NCBI GenBank assembly: GCA_963750475.1
Contig: CAVVQQ010000003.1
Location: forward strand, 413,698-477,697
DNA from: an uncultured Acidobacteriota bacterium
Lineage (GTDB): Bacteria > Acidobacteriota > Vicinamibacteria > Vicinamibacterales > 2-12-FULL-66-21
Length of the DNA stretch: 64,000 nucleotides
Direction: 5' to 3'
Position 1 is the stretch's first letter. The number at the start of each line of letters is the position of its first letter. Below are positions 43,954-53,343 of this stretch, one piece after another. The position numbers were made by a program, and so were the translations under genes. The notes beneath the pieces are model-generated. The model saw only the letters and a program-made list of their open reading frames with translations. It made no database searches and was not told where the DNA came from.

Positions 43954-45560
43954 CTCGCTGCGCTTCCGCTCGCGGCCGGCTGGTGCCCCAGCATTCGGTC
44001 AGCCCAGGGAATGAAGTACTTCCAGTTGGGACCGTCGGTGTGGCCGCCGTCGTGCTGGCGCCACGCCAGCTGCCCGTCGAGGAGGCCCGTGTTCACTGCC
44101 GGCATCGTCGCGTGCTTGTAGTCGTCCGGCACGCCCAGGCCTTTGGCGCCGAGCAGCCGGAACACCGGCTGGGCGGCGACCGTGGCCATGAAGCTGCCCT
44201 GCTGATCGAGCCACTTCGCATCGCCGCGCTCGGGGATGCCGTAGCTGACGAACGTCGGCCGCGGCGCGCAGAGGGCGATGAGCTCGTGCGCGTCGACGGG
44301 CAGATCCGCGGCGGTCTTGCGGCCGAACTTCGATTCCTCGGTGCCGTACTTGAGGAAGTTGCCCGCCATCCAGTGATATTCGCCGGACCCGGTGAGGCTC
44401 TCGACCGCTTCGCCGAAGTTGCGGCGATGCAGCTTCGCGCCCCCCTCGCCGGACGAGCCGATCAGGACGACGGCAAACCGCTGGTCGTAGGCCATCGTCA
44501 CCAGCGCGGCCTTGCCGTAGCGCGACACGCCTTCGATGCCGACCTTTGTCGCATCGACGGCGGTGTCGGTCTCGAGGTAGTCGAGGCCGCGCGCCGCACC
44601 CCACGCCCACGCCCGGAGCGCGCCCCAGTCGTCCGGCCGGCGCGGCTGGCCCTTGTTGACGAGGCCGATGATCCCCTTGGTCAGGCCGGCGCCGTTGTCC
44701 GCCTGGATGCTGTTTGGAGTGATTGTCGCGTAGCCCCAGCCGTCGGCGATGAGCTGCTCGGTGGCAGGCGGATCGACGGGGCCGGCCGGTGCGGTGCCGG
44801 GCCCGACGGGGCCTCCAGGGCCGCCGCGTCCTGGACCGAAGCCGCGAGCCGTCGGCGGCGGTGTACCGGGGGCTGGCGGCATGCCGGACCGTCCGCCGAA
44901 CATCATCATCACCGGCACCGCCCGCGTCGCGGCTGCCGGCGTGACGACGGTCATCTGGATGTCGACCGTGATGTCGGGGGCGAGCGAGTTGTCCACCGAT
45001 CCGACGAGCTCCTTGCCGATGACCGGCCGGCCGCCGACCTCGAACCGCTCGGTGCGGGCGACGCGCCAGGTCACGCGCGGCACCGCGGCCGGCACCCTGC
45101 CCAGCACTTCGCGATCGAAGTCCTCGACGATCTCAGGACGCCGCTGCTTCCACCAGCCGTCCGCGGTGGTGACCTTCTTGCCGTTCTTCAGGGTCAAGGG
45201 CTCGGGCCAGTCCGGATACGGATTGGCCAGCGCCTCGTCGTAGTTGGCGTGGTTGGGCGCGCTTTCGTTCCCGCTCGGGCCGGGGCGCAGCGCCGTGATC
45301 CCCAGCTGCCCGAGCATCTGCTGATGGTCGGCGGCGGTGGCGGCGGCGTTCGGATTGACGGGCGGTGGCGGCGTCGGCGCGGTGGTCTGCGGCGCGGTGG
45401 TCTGCGGGGCGGTGGTCTGCGGTGCGGCGGTCTGCGGGGCGGATGCCGGCGGCGGAGCGGCGGCTCCCTGCGGCGCCCCCTCCTGGCCCGACAACGTCAT
45501 CATCGCGCACGCGGCCAGGACGCCCGATCCTGCGACAGACACCAGTCGTTTCACGTTCAT
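43950..45560 (-). CDS. Secreted CE15-like (glucuronoyl esterase family) alpha/beta hydrolase
   Basis: WGALRAWAWG, GVSRYGK nucleophile motif, SSGEGG, LPVDAHELIALCAPRP, HDGGH. Confidence 0.88.
   Translation of the reverse strand: MNVKRLVSVAGSGVLAACAMMTLSGQEGAPQGAAAPPPASAPQTAAPQTTAPQTTAPQTTAPTPPPPVNPNAAATAADHQQMLGQLGITALRPGPSGNESAPNHANYDEALANPYPDWPEPLTLKNGKKVTTADGWWKQRRPEIVEDFDREVLGRVPAAVPRVTWRVARTERFEVGGRPVIGKELVGSVDNSLAPDITVDIQMTVVTPAAATRAVPVMMMFGGRSGMPPAPGTPPPTARGFGPGRGGPGGPVGPGTAPAGPVDPPATEQLIADGWGYATITPNSIQADNGAGLTKGIIGLVNKGQPRRPDDWGALRAWAWGAARGLDYLETDTAVDATKVGIEGVSRYGKAALVTMAYDQRFAVVLIGSSGEGGAKLHRRNFGEAVESLTGSGEYHWMAGNFLKYGTEESKFGRKTAADLPVDAHELIALCAPRPTFVSYGIPERGDAKWLDQQGSFMATVAAQPVFRLLGAKGLGVPDDYKHATMPAVNTGLLDGQLAWRQHDGGHTDGPNWKYFIPWADRMLGHQPAASGSAAR
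45375..45434. repeat. 4 x 15-bp coding tandem repeat (QT(T/A)AP linker)
   Basis: Unit CGGNGCGGYGGTCTG repeated four times in the esterase N-terminal linker. Confidence 0.9.
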
Positions 45561-45638
45561 CGGAGCTTCCTTGCTTGTGATGTCCCGCCGGGCGGCCGAT
45601 GCCGACGGCGATGGCGCATGGTAGCGCGAACGACACCG

Positions 45639-46188
45639 TCAACTCACATCCGTCCCTGAAAACTCTGCCAGCAAGGTGTTGCCCTTGTACTCCAGGTCCT
45701 GCTTGATGCCGATCTCCGAGGTGTAATACGCGTCGACGACGCGGGATTTCAGCTCCTTGAAGAAGAGCTCGTCGGGAGTATTCGGCGCGGCTTCGTTCGC
45801 CGCCATTCGCGTCAGCACTGCGATGCGCTCGTCCGCCGTCGCCCGCAGGAACGCCCCCACTCCCGAAGCCGGCGCCAGCTGGTCGACCCGGCGCAGCCCG
45901 TCGCGCCACATCGTCCGATCCGCCTCGTCCCACGCTCCGGCCAGCCGCGAATCGATGCAGGCGGCGACGCGTGCCGCCCTGGCGCCGGGAGAGTGCTCGT
46001 CGGCGGGGATGATGAGCTCGCTCAGCTCGTCCACCAGGGCGAGCTCCGCCGTCGTGAAGAACGGCCGGAGCGGCGGCTGGCGCCTGGGCGAGCGGCGCGG
46101 CCAGCGCGAGCGGCAGGGTCACCGTCGCGACGGCGCCGAGCTTGATCAGATCGCGGCGGGTCAGGTCGACGTCGGGCGGATCAGCCAT
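45639..46188 (-). CDS. Gluconate 2-dehydrogenase subunit 3 family protein, Tat-exported (one frameshift ~46070)
   Basis: LTRRDLIK twin-arginine signal; IIPAD.HSPGA, FF..LK...V.AYYTSEIG...L.YKGN. Confidence 0.85.
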
Positions 46189-47981
46189 CACAGATTCCCC
46201 TTCCCGAATTCGTCCGCGAGGTACTCGGAGGACCGCCACGCCAGCGCCATGATCGTCCAGGTCGGGTTCTGGCAGGACGCGCTGACATGGCTGCTGCCGT
46301 CGACCACGAAGAAGTTCTTCACGTCGTGCGACTGCTGGAACTGGTTGAGCACCGAGGTCTTCCGGTCGGCGCCCATGCGCGCCGTCCCGAGCTCGTGGAT
46401 CGACCATCCCTCCGTCAGCACCGTCCGGTCGACGTTGACGATCTCGAACCCCGCCGCTTCGAACATCTCCTGGGCGGTGTTCGCCATGTCCTCGCACATC
46501 TTCTTCTCGTTGTCGCCGAAGCGGTAATTGAAGCGCGCCACCGGGATGCCCCACTTGTCGGTCCGGACCGGATCGATCTCGACCTGATTCTCGTATCTGG
46601 ACAGGACCTCGCCGAATCCCCCCATGCTGATGTAGGCGCCGGCGTAATCGCGCACCCTCTTCTTGTAGCCGGCGCCGAAGCCCGGCGTGTCGTGGGCGTT
46701 GCCGGGGAACATCTGGCTGCCGGCGCTCCCCTCGAAGCCATAGGCGCGGATGAAGTTCGGATGGCGATCGGCAAGGTTCCTGAACCGCGGCACATAGAAC
46801 CCGCCCGGCCGCCCGTCGTCTATCGTCTTCGGCGTGCCGATGCGCTCCTTGACGAGGCCGGTCACCCCCGGGCCCATGACGTGCTCACAGAAGTTGTGGC
46901 CGACATGCCCGCTCGAATTGCCGATGCCGTTGGGATGGGCGCCGGACTTCGACAGCAGCATCAGCCGCGCCGACTCGAGGGTCGAGGCGGCCAGGACGAC
47001 GATGCGGGCGCGCGCCTCGTAGGTGCGTCCTGACTCCGCGTCGATGAAGGCGACGCCGCGGGCCTTCCCCGTATTCCTGTCGACGAGGATTTCACGCGCG
47101 ATGGCGTTCGTGCGCAGCGCCATGTTGCCGGTGTCCATCGCCGGGTAGATCAGTCCCGTTGGCGAGTCGAAGGCGGCGTGGATGTCGCACCCGCCGACGC
47201 GGCGGCCGCAGGCCCCGCGGCCGAAGCAGCGGCTGCGATACTTGTTGTGCTTGAGGCCGTCGGTGGTGACGCCGGCACGGTAGGGCGTCAGCACCCGGTT
47301 CATCTTCTTCAGCGACGTCCGCAGCGTCACCTCGGCGCTCGTCAGCCTGGTCGGACGCTGGAAGAGGCTGTCCGGCAGGTACGGGAGATTTTCTCTGACG
47401 CCGGAGATCCCGAGATACCGATCGACGCGGTCGTAGAACGGCTCGATGTCCTTGTAGGCGATCGGCCAGTCATCGCCGTAGCCGTCGCGGCTCTTCGCCT
47501 TGAAGTCGTAGTCCGACAGCCGCAGCGCCAGCCGTCCCCAGATGTTGGTCTTGCCGCCGAGGCAGCGGGCGCGCACCCACGCGTAGTTGGTTCCCGTGTA
47601 GGGATGATCTCTTTCGTTGACGACGATGTTCTTCGAGTAGTCGGCGGCATTCCAGCCCTGCACGTAGGAATGGACCTGCGGGAATTTCGAGTCGGCGGCG
47701 TACGGCGGCTGACGGATGGTGTACTCGTTGAGCGTCAGGGCGTGATGGCCGGGCGGCATGTCGCCGCGGCGCGGATGCTCGTACGGCCATTCCATCGACT
47801 TCAGTTCCTTGTTGATGTCGAGCTTCCGGCCGGCTTCGAGCATCAGCACCTTCAGGCCGCGCGAGGTGAGGACGTGCGCCGCCATGCCCCCCGCGGCGCC
47901 GGAGCCGATGACGACGGCGTCGTAGGTGAGGCGGAGATTGGCGTCGGGCTGGGGATCCTGGAGCAGTCGGAGCAGGTTCAT
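46188..47981 (-). CDS. GMC family flavoprotein oxidoreductase (glycoside/gluconate dehydrogenase-like)
   Basis: VIGSGAAGG FAD motif, LGGKTNIWGR, DWPI.Y, Cys-rich C..RG.C...C, HELGTARMG, CQNPTWT. Confidence 0.93.
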   Translation of the reverse strand: MNLLRLLQDPQPDANLRLTYDAVVIGSGAAGGMAAHVLTSRGLKVLMLEAGRKLDINKELKSMEWPYEHPRRGDMPPGHHALTLNEYTIRQPPYAADSKFPQVHSYVQGWNAADYSKNIVVNERDHPYTGTNYAWVRARCLGGKTNIWGRLALRLSDYDFKAKSRDGYGDDWPIAYKDIEPFYDRVDRYLGISGVRENLPYLPDSLFQRPTRLTSAEVTLRTSLKKMNRVLTPYRAGVTTDGLKHNKYRSRCFGRGACGRRVGGCDIHAAFDSPTGLIYPAMDTGNMALRTNAIAREILVDRNTGKARGVAFIDAESGRTYEARARIVVLAASTLESARLMLLSKSGAHPNGIGNSSGHVGHNFCEHVMGPGVTGLVKERIGTPKTIDDGRPGGFYVPRFRNLADRHPNFIRAYGFEGSAGSQMFPGNAHDTPGFGAGYKKRVRDYAGAYISMGGFGEVLSRYENQVEIDPVRTDKWGIPVARFNYRFGDNEKKMCEDMANTAQEMFEAAGFEIVNVDRTVLTEGWSIHELGTARMGADRKTSVLNQFQQSHDVKNFFVVDGSSHVSASCQNPTWTIMALAWRSSEYLADEFGKGNL

Positions 47982-48379
47982 GTCGTGCCTCGTCCCGGAA
48001 TCGCCTTCTGAATGAGCCACTGATGCCCGAAGGGATCGGCGACGACCCCCTGCCGGTAGCCGTAGTCGTAATCCTGCATCGGGCTCACGACGCGCGCGCC
48101 GGCATCGACGGCGGATGCAAACAGCCGATCCGGCTCGTCGTCGAACAAGCCAATCTGTGACGACGTCGCGCCGAGCGTCTGCGGACTGAGCTGCGCGGCG
48201 TCAGGACGCTCCTCGTGGAGGTGAAAGAGCGCGCCGTGAATCGTCAGTTCGGCGACATGCACGCTGCCGTCAGGGTTGCTCCAGCGGCGGCGCTCGACGG
48301 CGCCGAAGGCGGCCTGGTAGAAGGCGATGCCGTCGGCCACGGCCTTGAGGTAGAGATGCGGCGCAAAAAATGTCGCCAC
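47978..48379 (-). CDS. VOC family (PhnB-like) protein
   Basis: IAFYQAAFGA, VHVAELTI, YGYRQGVVADPFGHQW; ATGA overlap with the GMC gene. Confidence 0.88.
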   Translation of the reverse strand: MATFFAPHLYLKAVADGIAFYQAAFGAVERRRWSNPDGSVHVAELTIHGALFHLHEERPDAAQLSPQTLGATSSQIGLFDDEPDRLFASAVDAGARVVSPMQDYDYGYRQGVVADPFGHQWLIQKAIPGRGTT

Positions 48380-48385
48380 GGACGC

Positions 48386-49393
48386 TCACTGCAGGCCGCG
48401 ATCGACGAACACGGTCCGGACCTGGCTGGCGACGCCGCGTCCATACAGGCGGCTGGCGACGGCGACGGTCGTGGCCGCCAGATCGCGCATGCCGGTGCCG
48501 GGGAAGTCGAACTGCGCCTCGAGAATCAGGGTGTCGGCCTTCGAGCTGCCGACCGCCTGCCTGATGTCCCAGAGCGCCCGCGACCAGATCTGACCGTCGT
48601 GGTGCACTTCGCCGTTGAGGCCCTCGGGGTAGTGCAGGCTGCGATCGACCCGGCGCAGGCAGTGGGGCGTCGTCGACGTGTAGGAGGTCGAGTCCCAGTC
48701 GGCCACGCACGCCGGGTCGGCGGTCGGCGCGATCAGGCTGCTCACCGTCACTGCCCAGTAGTCGCCGAACCCCTCGCTGATGGCGCCCGCCTCTGCAGAA
48801 CCGAAGACGAAGCCCTGGGCGTAGTGAATGGCGTGGCCGTACTCATGGAGAATGACCTCCGCATCCTCGGCATCGTCCACGCCCCCTTTGCCGAAGCGGA
48901 GCTCGTCCTTGTGCGTGGTCGCGAACGAGTTGTCGAGCCCCCACTGGTTGATGCGGACGCGCTGCGACTTCATGTTGACCGGGCGGCGGCTGGAGCCGAA
49001 GCCCAGGCTCTGGATATATCGCTGCGCCTCGGTGATCCAGTAGTAGGCCATCACCTGCTCGAACCGGTCGTCGTCGCGGTGATAGCGGAACCGACCGGCG
49101 GTCGAATAGGCCGGCGGACCGGTCTCGCTGACGATCTGCGCCCAGTCGCCGACCAGATAGCCGCTGCCGTCGAGGTTGGTGAGGACGACGTCGTGATAGG
49201 CCGGCGCGAGGGCGGGGTAGTCGGCGTCTTTCCGGTCGGTGAGCGTCTGGTCGCCGAGGTCGGCGACGGGATTCGGCAGGAAGACCGTCGCCGCCGCGGT
49301 ATCCGAACCGCCCGGCCGCGGGTCGGCGGCGGAGACGACCAAAGCCGACGCGACGACCGTGACCACAACCAGCGACGCCAGATGACGTTTCAT
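48386..49393 (-). CDS. Secreted M36/M4-like zinc metallopeptidase
   Basis: Signal peptide, HEYGH, GAISEGFGD third ligand, EVHHDGQIWS. Confidence 0.9.
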   Translation of the reverse strand: MKRHLASLVVVTVVASALVVSAADPRPGGSDTAAATVFLPNPVADLGDQTLTDRKDADYPALAPAYHDVVLTNLDGSGYLVGDWAQIVSETGPPAYSTAGRFRYHRDDDRFEQVMAYYWITEAQRYIQSLGFGSSRRPVNMKSQRVRINQWGLDNSFATTHKDELRFGKGGVDDAEDAEVILHEYGHAIHYAQGFVFGSAEAGAISEGFGDYWAVTVSSLIAPTADPACVADWDSTSYTSTTPHCLRRVDRSLHYPEGLNGEVHHDGQIWSRALWDIRQAVGSSKADTLILEAQFDFPGTGMRDLAATTVAVASRLYGRGVASQVRTVFVDRGLQ

Positions 49394-49466
49394 GGACTCC
49401 TCCGAATCAGGTGGCCGGACGAGGGCGGGAGTCTAGCAGGGGAGCAGAAGCGGGCGCAATACCGCG

Positions 49467-50938
49467 TATCAAGCCGCGCTAAATGTTACCGAGGGATCCA
49501 TCATCGCGCCGGAAATCGGGTTACCCATGAAGGGACGGATTCATGGGAGCCTCGCGAGTGGGACCACAGGCGACGCGCGAGTATTTGGCCCGGATGCGGG
49601 AGCGATATGAACGGGCGGGGCGGGACGCGAAACGCGGACTGCTGGATGAGGTGTGCGAGGTGACGGGGTATCACCGCAAGGCTGTGATCCGCCTGTTGCG
49701 GCGCGCGCCGCCGCTGGGGGTGCGGCGTCCACGCGGGCGACGGGTGGAGTACGGCCCGGACGTGGTGGCAGCCTTGCGAGCCATCTGGACGGCGGCCGGC
49801 TATCCGTGGTCAGTGCGGCTGAAGGCGTTGCTGCCGACCTGGGTGCCGTGGGGGCGGCGCCGGTTGCGCTTAACGGCGGCGACGGAGCGCGCGTTGCTGC
49901 GGATCAGTGCGCGGCAGATCGATCGTCGGTTGCGGCCGTATAAGCAGGAGCTCCGCAGGCGGATGTACGGGCGGACGCGGCCGGGCGCGTTGCTCAAACA
50001 CCACATTCCCGTGCAGACCGAGCGCTGGAACGTCACCGAGCCGGGCTTCACGGAAATCGATCTGGTCTCGCATTCGGGCGATGGCGCCGAGGGCGAGTTC
50101 TTGCACTCGCTCAATGTGACCGACATCCACACGACGTGGGTCGAAACGCAGGCGGTGCTGGGGAAGGGTCAAGAGCGGGTGCGCCAGGCGCTCGAGACGA
50201 TCGCCGCCGCCCTCCCGTTCCCCTTGCGCGGCATTGATTCGGACAACGGGTCGGAATTTATCAACGCCCATCTGCATGGCTACTGCCGCCGGCGCGCCAT
50301 TCAGTTCACACGCGGCCGGCCGTACAAGAAAGACGACAACGCGCATATCGAGCAGAAAAACTGGACGCACGTCCGCAAGCTCGTCGGCTACGACCGCTAT
50401 GATTCCCCGGCCGCGCTCGCGGCGCTCAACGCGCTGTATGCCGAGGTCCGGCTGCTGCAGAATCTGTGGCTGCCCTCGGTGAAGCTGGTCAAGAAGACGA
50501 GTTTTTTTTTTTTTTTTTTAAGATTTTTGGACGGGTCGGCAGTCAGTTGCGTCGCGTCTACGGGCCGCCAGAGACCCCCTTGGCCCGGGTCCTGGCGTGT
50601 CCGACGGCCGACGCGGCCAAGGTGGCGGCGCTGACGCGCCTGCACCGCACGCTCGATCCCTTTGCGCTCGCGCGGCGCATCGAGCAACAGCAAGACCGGC
50701 TCTACGCGCTCGCGAATCAGCGCCGCGGCGGCCGGCCTATGGACGCTGCCGGCCCCGTGGAAAACGCCAAAAGCGCGTTTCCCACACGGGCCTTGGAAAC
50801 CCCCAAGAGCGGGCTTTCCACAGCCCCCACAGGCCCTCGTTCTCCTCGTGCGCGGAAGACACAGACGAAGAAGACTCGGGTAACCCGATTAATGGCGCGA
50901 TGATTCAGCGCTCGGTAACACTTTCAAATGGCTTGACA
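49467..50938 (+). mobile_element. Insertion sequence with rve-type DDE transposase (IS481/ISNCY-like)
   Basis: ~60-bp imperfect terminal inverted repeats (49467-49526 and 50878-50938) sharing TCAAGCC, TGTTACCGAG, ATCATCGCGCC and AATCGGGTTACCC. Confidence 0.88.
49543..50903 (+). CDS. DDE integrase-core transposase, frame broken by a T-rich insert at 50500-50531
   Basis: TGYHRK.VIRLL, EIDLVSH, DSDNGSEF, RPYKKDDNAHIEQKN; continues as VGSQLRRVY..PETPL in the next frame. Confidence 0.88.
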
Positions 50939-51039
50939 GGTACCGGCGGGGGGAGGGAGGAAGGGGAGCTTGAGGAAGTAAGGCGGACGGACCTACGGCC
51001 TTTGCTGTGCTGCGATGATTCCGAAAATCACCGCGACTG

Positions 51040-51190
51040 AGGAAAAGGCGGCGCGCTTCGCCGGCTGCTGCGCCGCGGCATCGCCTGCCTACCGATAACC
51101 TCGCTCGGATCAGCCTCGGGGCCTGCTCGACACCGACGTCTTCCCCGTGCCGAGGGGTTATGGCAACGCGGGGGACGGTACGGAAGAGAC
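51040..51190 (-). ncRNA. Candidate structured RNA with pseudoknot and downstream terminator-like hairpin (unassigned)
   Basis: Nested helices plus TCCCC/GGGGA bulge pairing, then a GC stem with CTTTT (see findings). Confidence 0.45.
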
Positions 51191-51501
51191 TCCATCGCGC
51201 ACGGCTGATAGAGGAGCACCATGGACGGCACGACGCAGCGCGATGGAAGTCAAATAAATGCGCGCGCGAAGATCGCGAAAACACTTGACAGCTTTACGGC
51301 GTCACTTTGAAAACGATCGCTGGTCGCCACTACACGGCTCCCTGGCGCGCTCGCCGGCGGATGGACAACCGATCTAGGTGACCCATGGGTTGTCTGACCG
51401 TCTCGGTGCAAGAGGGACGTGTCCTCGGCAGTGAGCGACGTCTCGAGCTCTGGCGATGGGCCGACACTACGGCTGGTCGAAGGGCCGACGGTTTCAGGTA
51501 G

Positions 51502-52089
51502 ACGCCCACCGGCGAGGTCACGGCCACCGCGGCGGTCGCGTCGGATCCGCCATCCCGGCGAACTGCACCCAGCCGGCCGGCGGTCGTAGCGCCGCTGGCG
51601 CCCGAGCGCTACAAGGTGCAGGTCACCATCTCGCGCGAGGCCCACGACAAGCTGCGCAGGGCGCAGGACCTGCTCCGGCACGTCGTCCCTGACGGCGACC
51701 CGGCGGCGATCGTCGAGCGGGCGCTGGCACTGCTCGTCGAGCATCTCGAGAGGAAGAGGCTCGCCTCCGCGAAGCGTCCGCGAGCAGCCGGAACCGCGAC
51801 CGTCGGATCGCGCCGCGTGCCGGCCGCGGTGAAGCGGGACGTCTGGGCGCGCGACGACGGGCGCTGCGCATTCATCGGCACGGCCGGGCGCTGCGCCGAA
51901 CGCGGATTCCTCGAGCTCCACCACGTCGTCCCGTTCGCCGAGGGCGGGAAAACCGATATGGCGAACCTTCAGCTGCGGTGCCGCGCCCACAACGTATACG
52001 AGGCGGAGGAGTGGTTCGGTCCGCTGGTCGTGAAGGAGTCTGCAGCGGCGTACGGCAACTCGGTCCGGACCGAGTTGCGGATATCCTGA
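51502..52089 (+). pseudogene. 5'-truncated HNH endonuclease (DUF222-associated type)
   Basis: PLAPERYKVQ.T, VW.RD.GRC, C...FLELHHVVP..GG.....NLQLRCRAHN; in-frame stop at 51499 and no N-terminal half. Confidence 0.75.
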
Positions 52090-52093
52090 GCCT

Positions 52094-52129
52094 ATGGCAG
52101 ACCACTCAGGTATCGAGTGGACCGCAACC
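52094..52129 (+). pseudogene. N-terminal stub of DUF5131 (Gp37/Gp68-type) gene
   Basis: Translates MADHSGIEWTAT, resembling the M..S.IEWTDATWNP start of this family; similarity ends after 12 codons. Confidence 0.55.
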
Positions 52130-52667
52130 CACCAGCTGCAACTGACGATCTGGCTCCAGCGTTTGGACCATATGCGAGGTGCCGCGTAACAATGGTCTGC
52201 TGAGGCTGCAAGGGATTACGGAACGCGCCTGAAAATAATTGCAGGGCGGTTTTCATTGGCAACTTGCTTGGCGTTGGCTTCCGACTGATGCTCTTTGGAC
52301 CGCGTGTGGACACAACTCACTTTGCGGCGTCGCGATTTTCCCGGCCAAGCGCAGATTGCCGTCAAAATCCTGAGCCTCAGCTCGTCTTTTGGTTCACCAG
52401 GGCGGCCGTTGTCTCGGCCCTCATCCTCCCAGCGATACTCCTGTTGCGCGCGTGCTGTCGCCGCTGGCACGGCCTAGCCGTGAACCGCAGCGTCGTCAGT
52501 GGAATACGGGCGGGCGCATCCTCGATCAAGCGATGCGGCAGCTCATGAAAGGCAATCGGACCTCTCTCCAAACAGTCTGTGCGAACGGTTCGTACACCTG
52601 CGGAGGCGTGGGTGTTCTCAGGCTTTTCTGCTTGATATCGCCGTAAACGGTTCTAAACCGGCGCGCG

Positions 52668-53329
52668 TCAGCCGACGCGCTCGTAGCGGCCGCCGAAGTA
52701 GACGCCATGTCCGAAAGGTCCTCGGCCCTCTTCGGTCGCCACCAGTGTGCCTTCCTCGAAACGAAGCGTGAGCTTGTACGACTGGCTCGGATGTTTTGCG
52801 TAGGTGAACGTCGCGGTTCTTTCCTGAAGCGATGCGTCGAAATCGATTTCGCCCATGTTGGGTCCGTATTCCCGCGTCCGTCCGTGGAGCGCCCATCCAT
52901 CTACGTGAATTCGCGCCGGAGCAATCATGCGAATCCTCAGTTCTGCTGAGTCCTCGTCGTCATCGCCCGATCTCAACCACTCCCACCGTGAAATCGTCGG
53001 GCGGAACAATCTTGGCGGACCCAAATTTCACCTCCTGCTTCCAAGCGTGATGCAACACCTGGTAAAGTTCCTCGCGGAACCGGCGAACCTCACCGATGGT
53101 GAATCCCTTGCTCTGGCTGCGCGTACCTGTCGAATTCGTCGTGGTGCTGGAGGCAGAGGAAGACTAGGTTTTCGGGATTAGGGTTCGACGGGTCGTTATC
53201 CACATGGGCAATCTGACCCTGCTTGATACCCGTGTCGCGATTGAGGCCGTAGCAAATGGCGCATCGCCGTTTTGCTGCCGTCAGGACCTCTGTCTGCACG
53301 TCCTTGGGGAGCGCTTTCCGTTTGCCCAT
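52668..53329 (-). CDS. HNH-like nuclease domain fused to an uncharacterised beta domain (two frameshifts)
   Basis: RRCAIC...QIAHVD..PSN...NLVFLCLQHHDEFD continues after a shift as TRSQSKGFT..EVRRFREELY, then GPNMGE...FGHGVYFGGRYER. Confidence 0.65.
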
Positions 53330-53343
53330 GCTCAGAGGAGATT

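Noticed and set aside
45375-45434. 15-bp tandem repeat as a contingency locus
   Set aside because: The unit length is a multiple of three and encodes a Pro/Thr linker, so copy changes would not switch the frame
51186-51200. Fluoride riboswitch (minus-strand GCGATGGAGTC)
   Set aside because: The required downstream GCTGATGACTCC-type pseudoknot partner is not present
52200-52660. Short ORFs in the lower-GC spacer
   Set aside because: No start signals or recognisable motifs; probably decayed sequence
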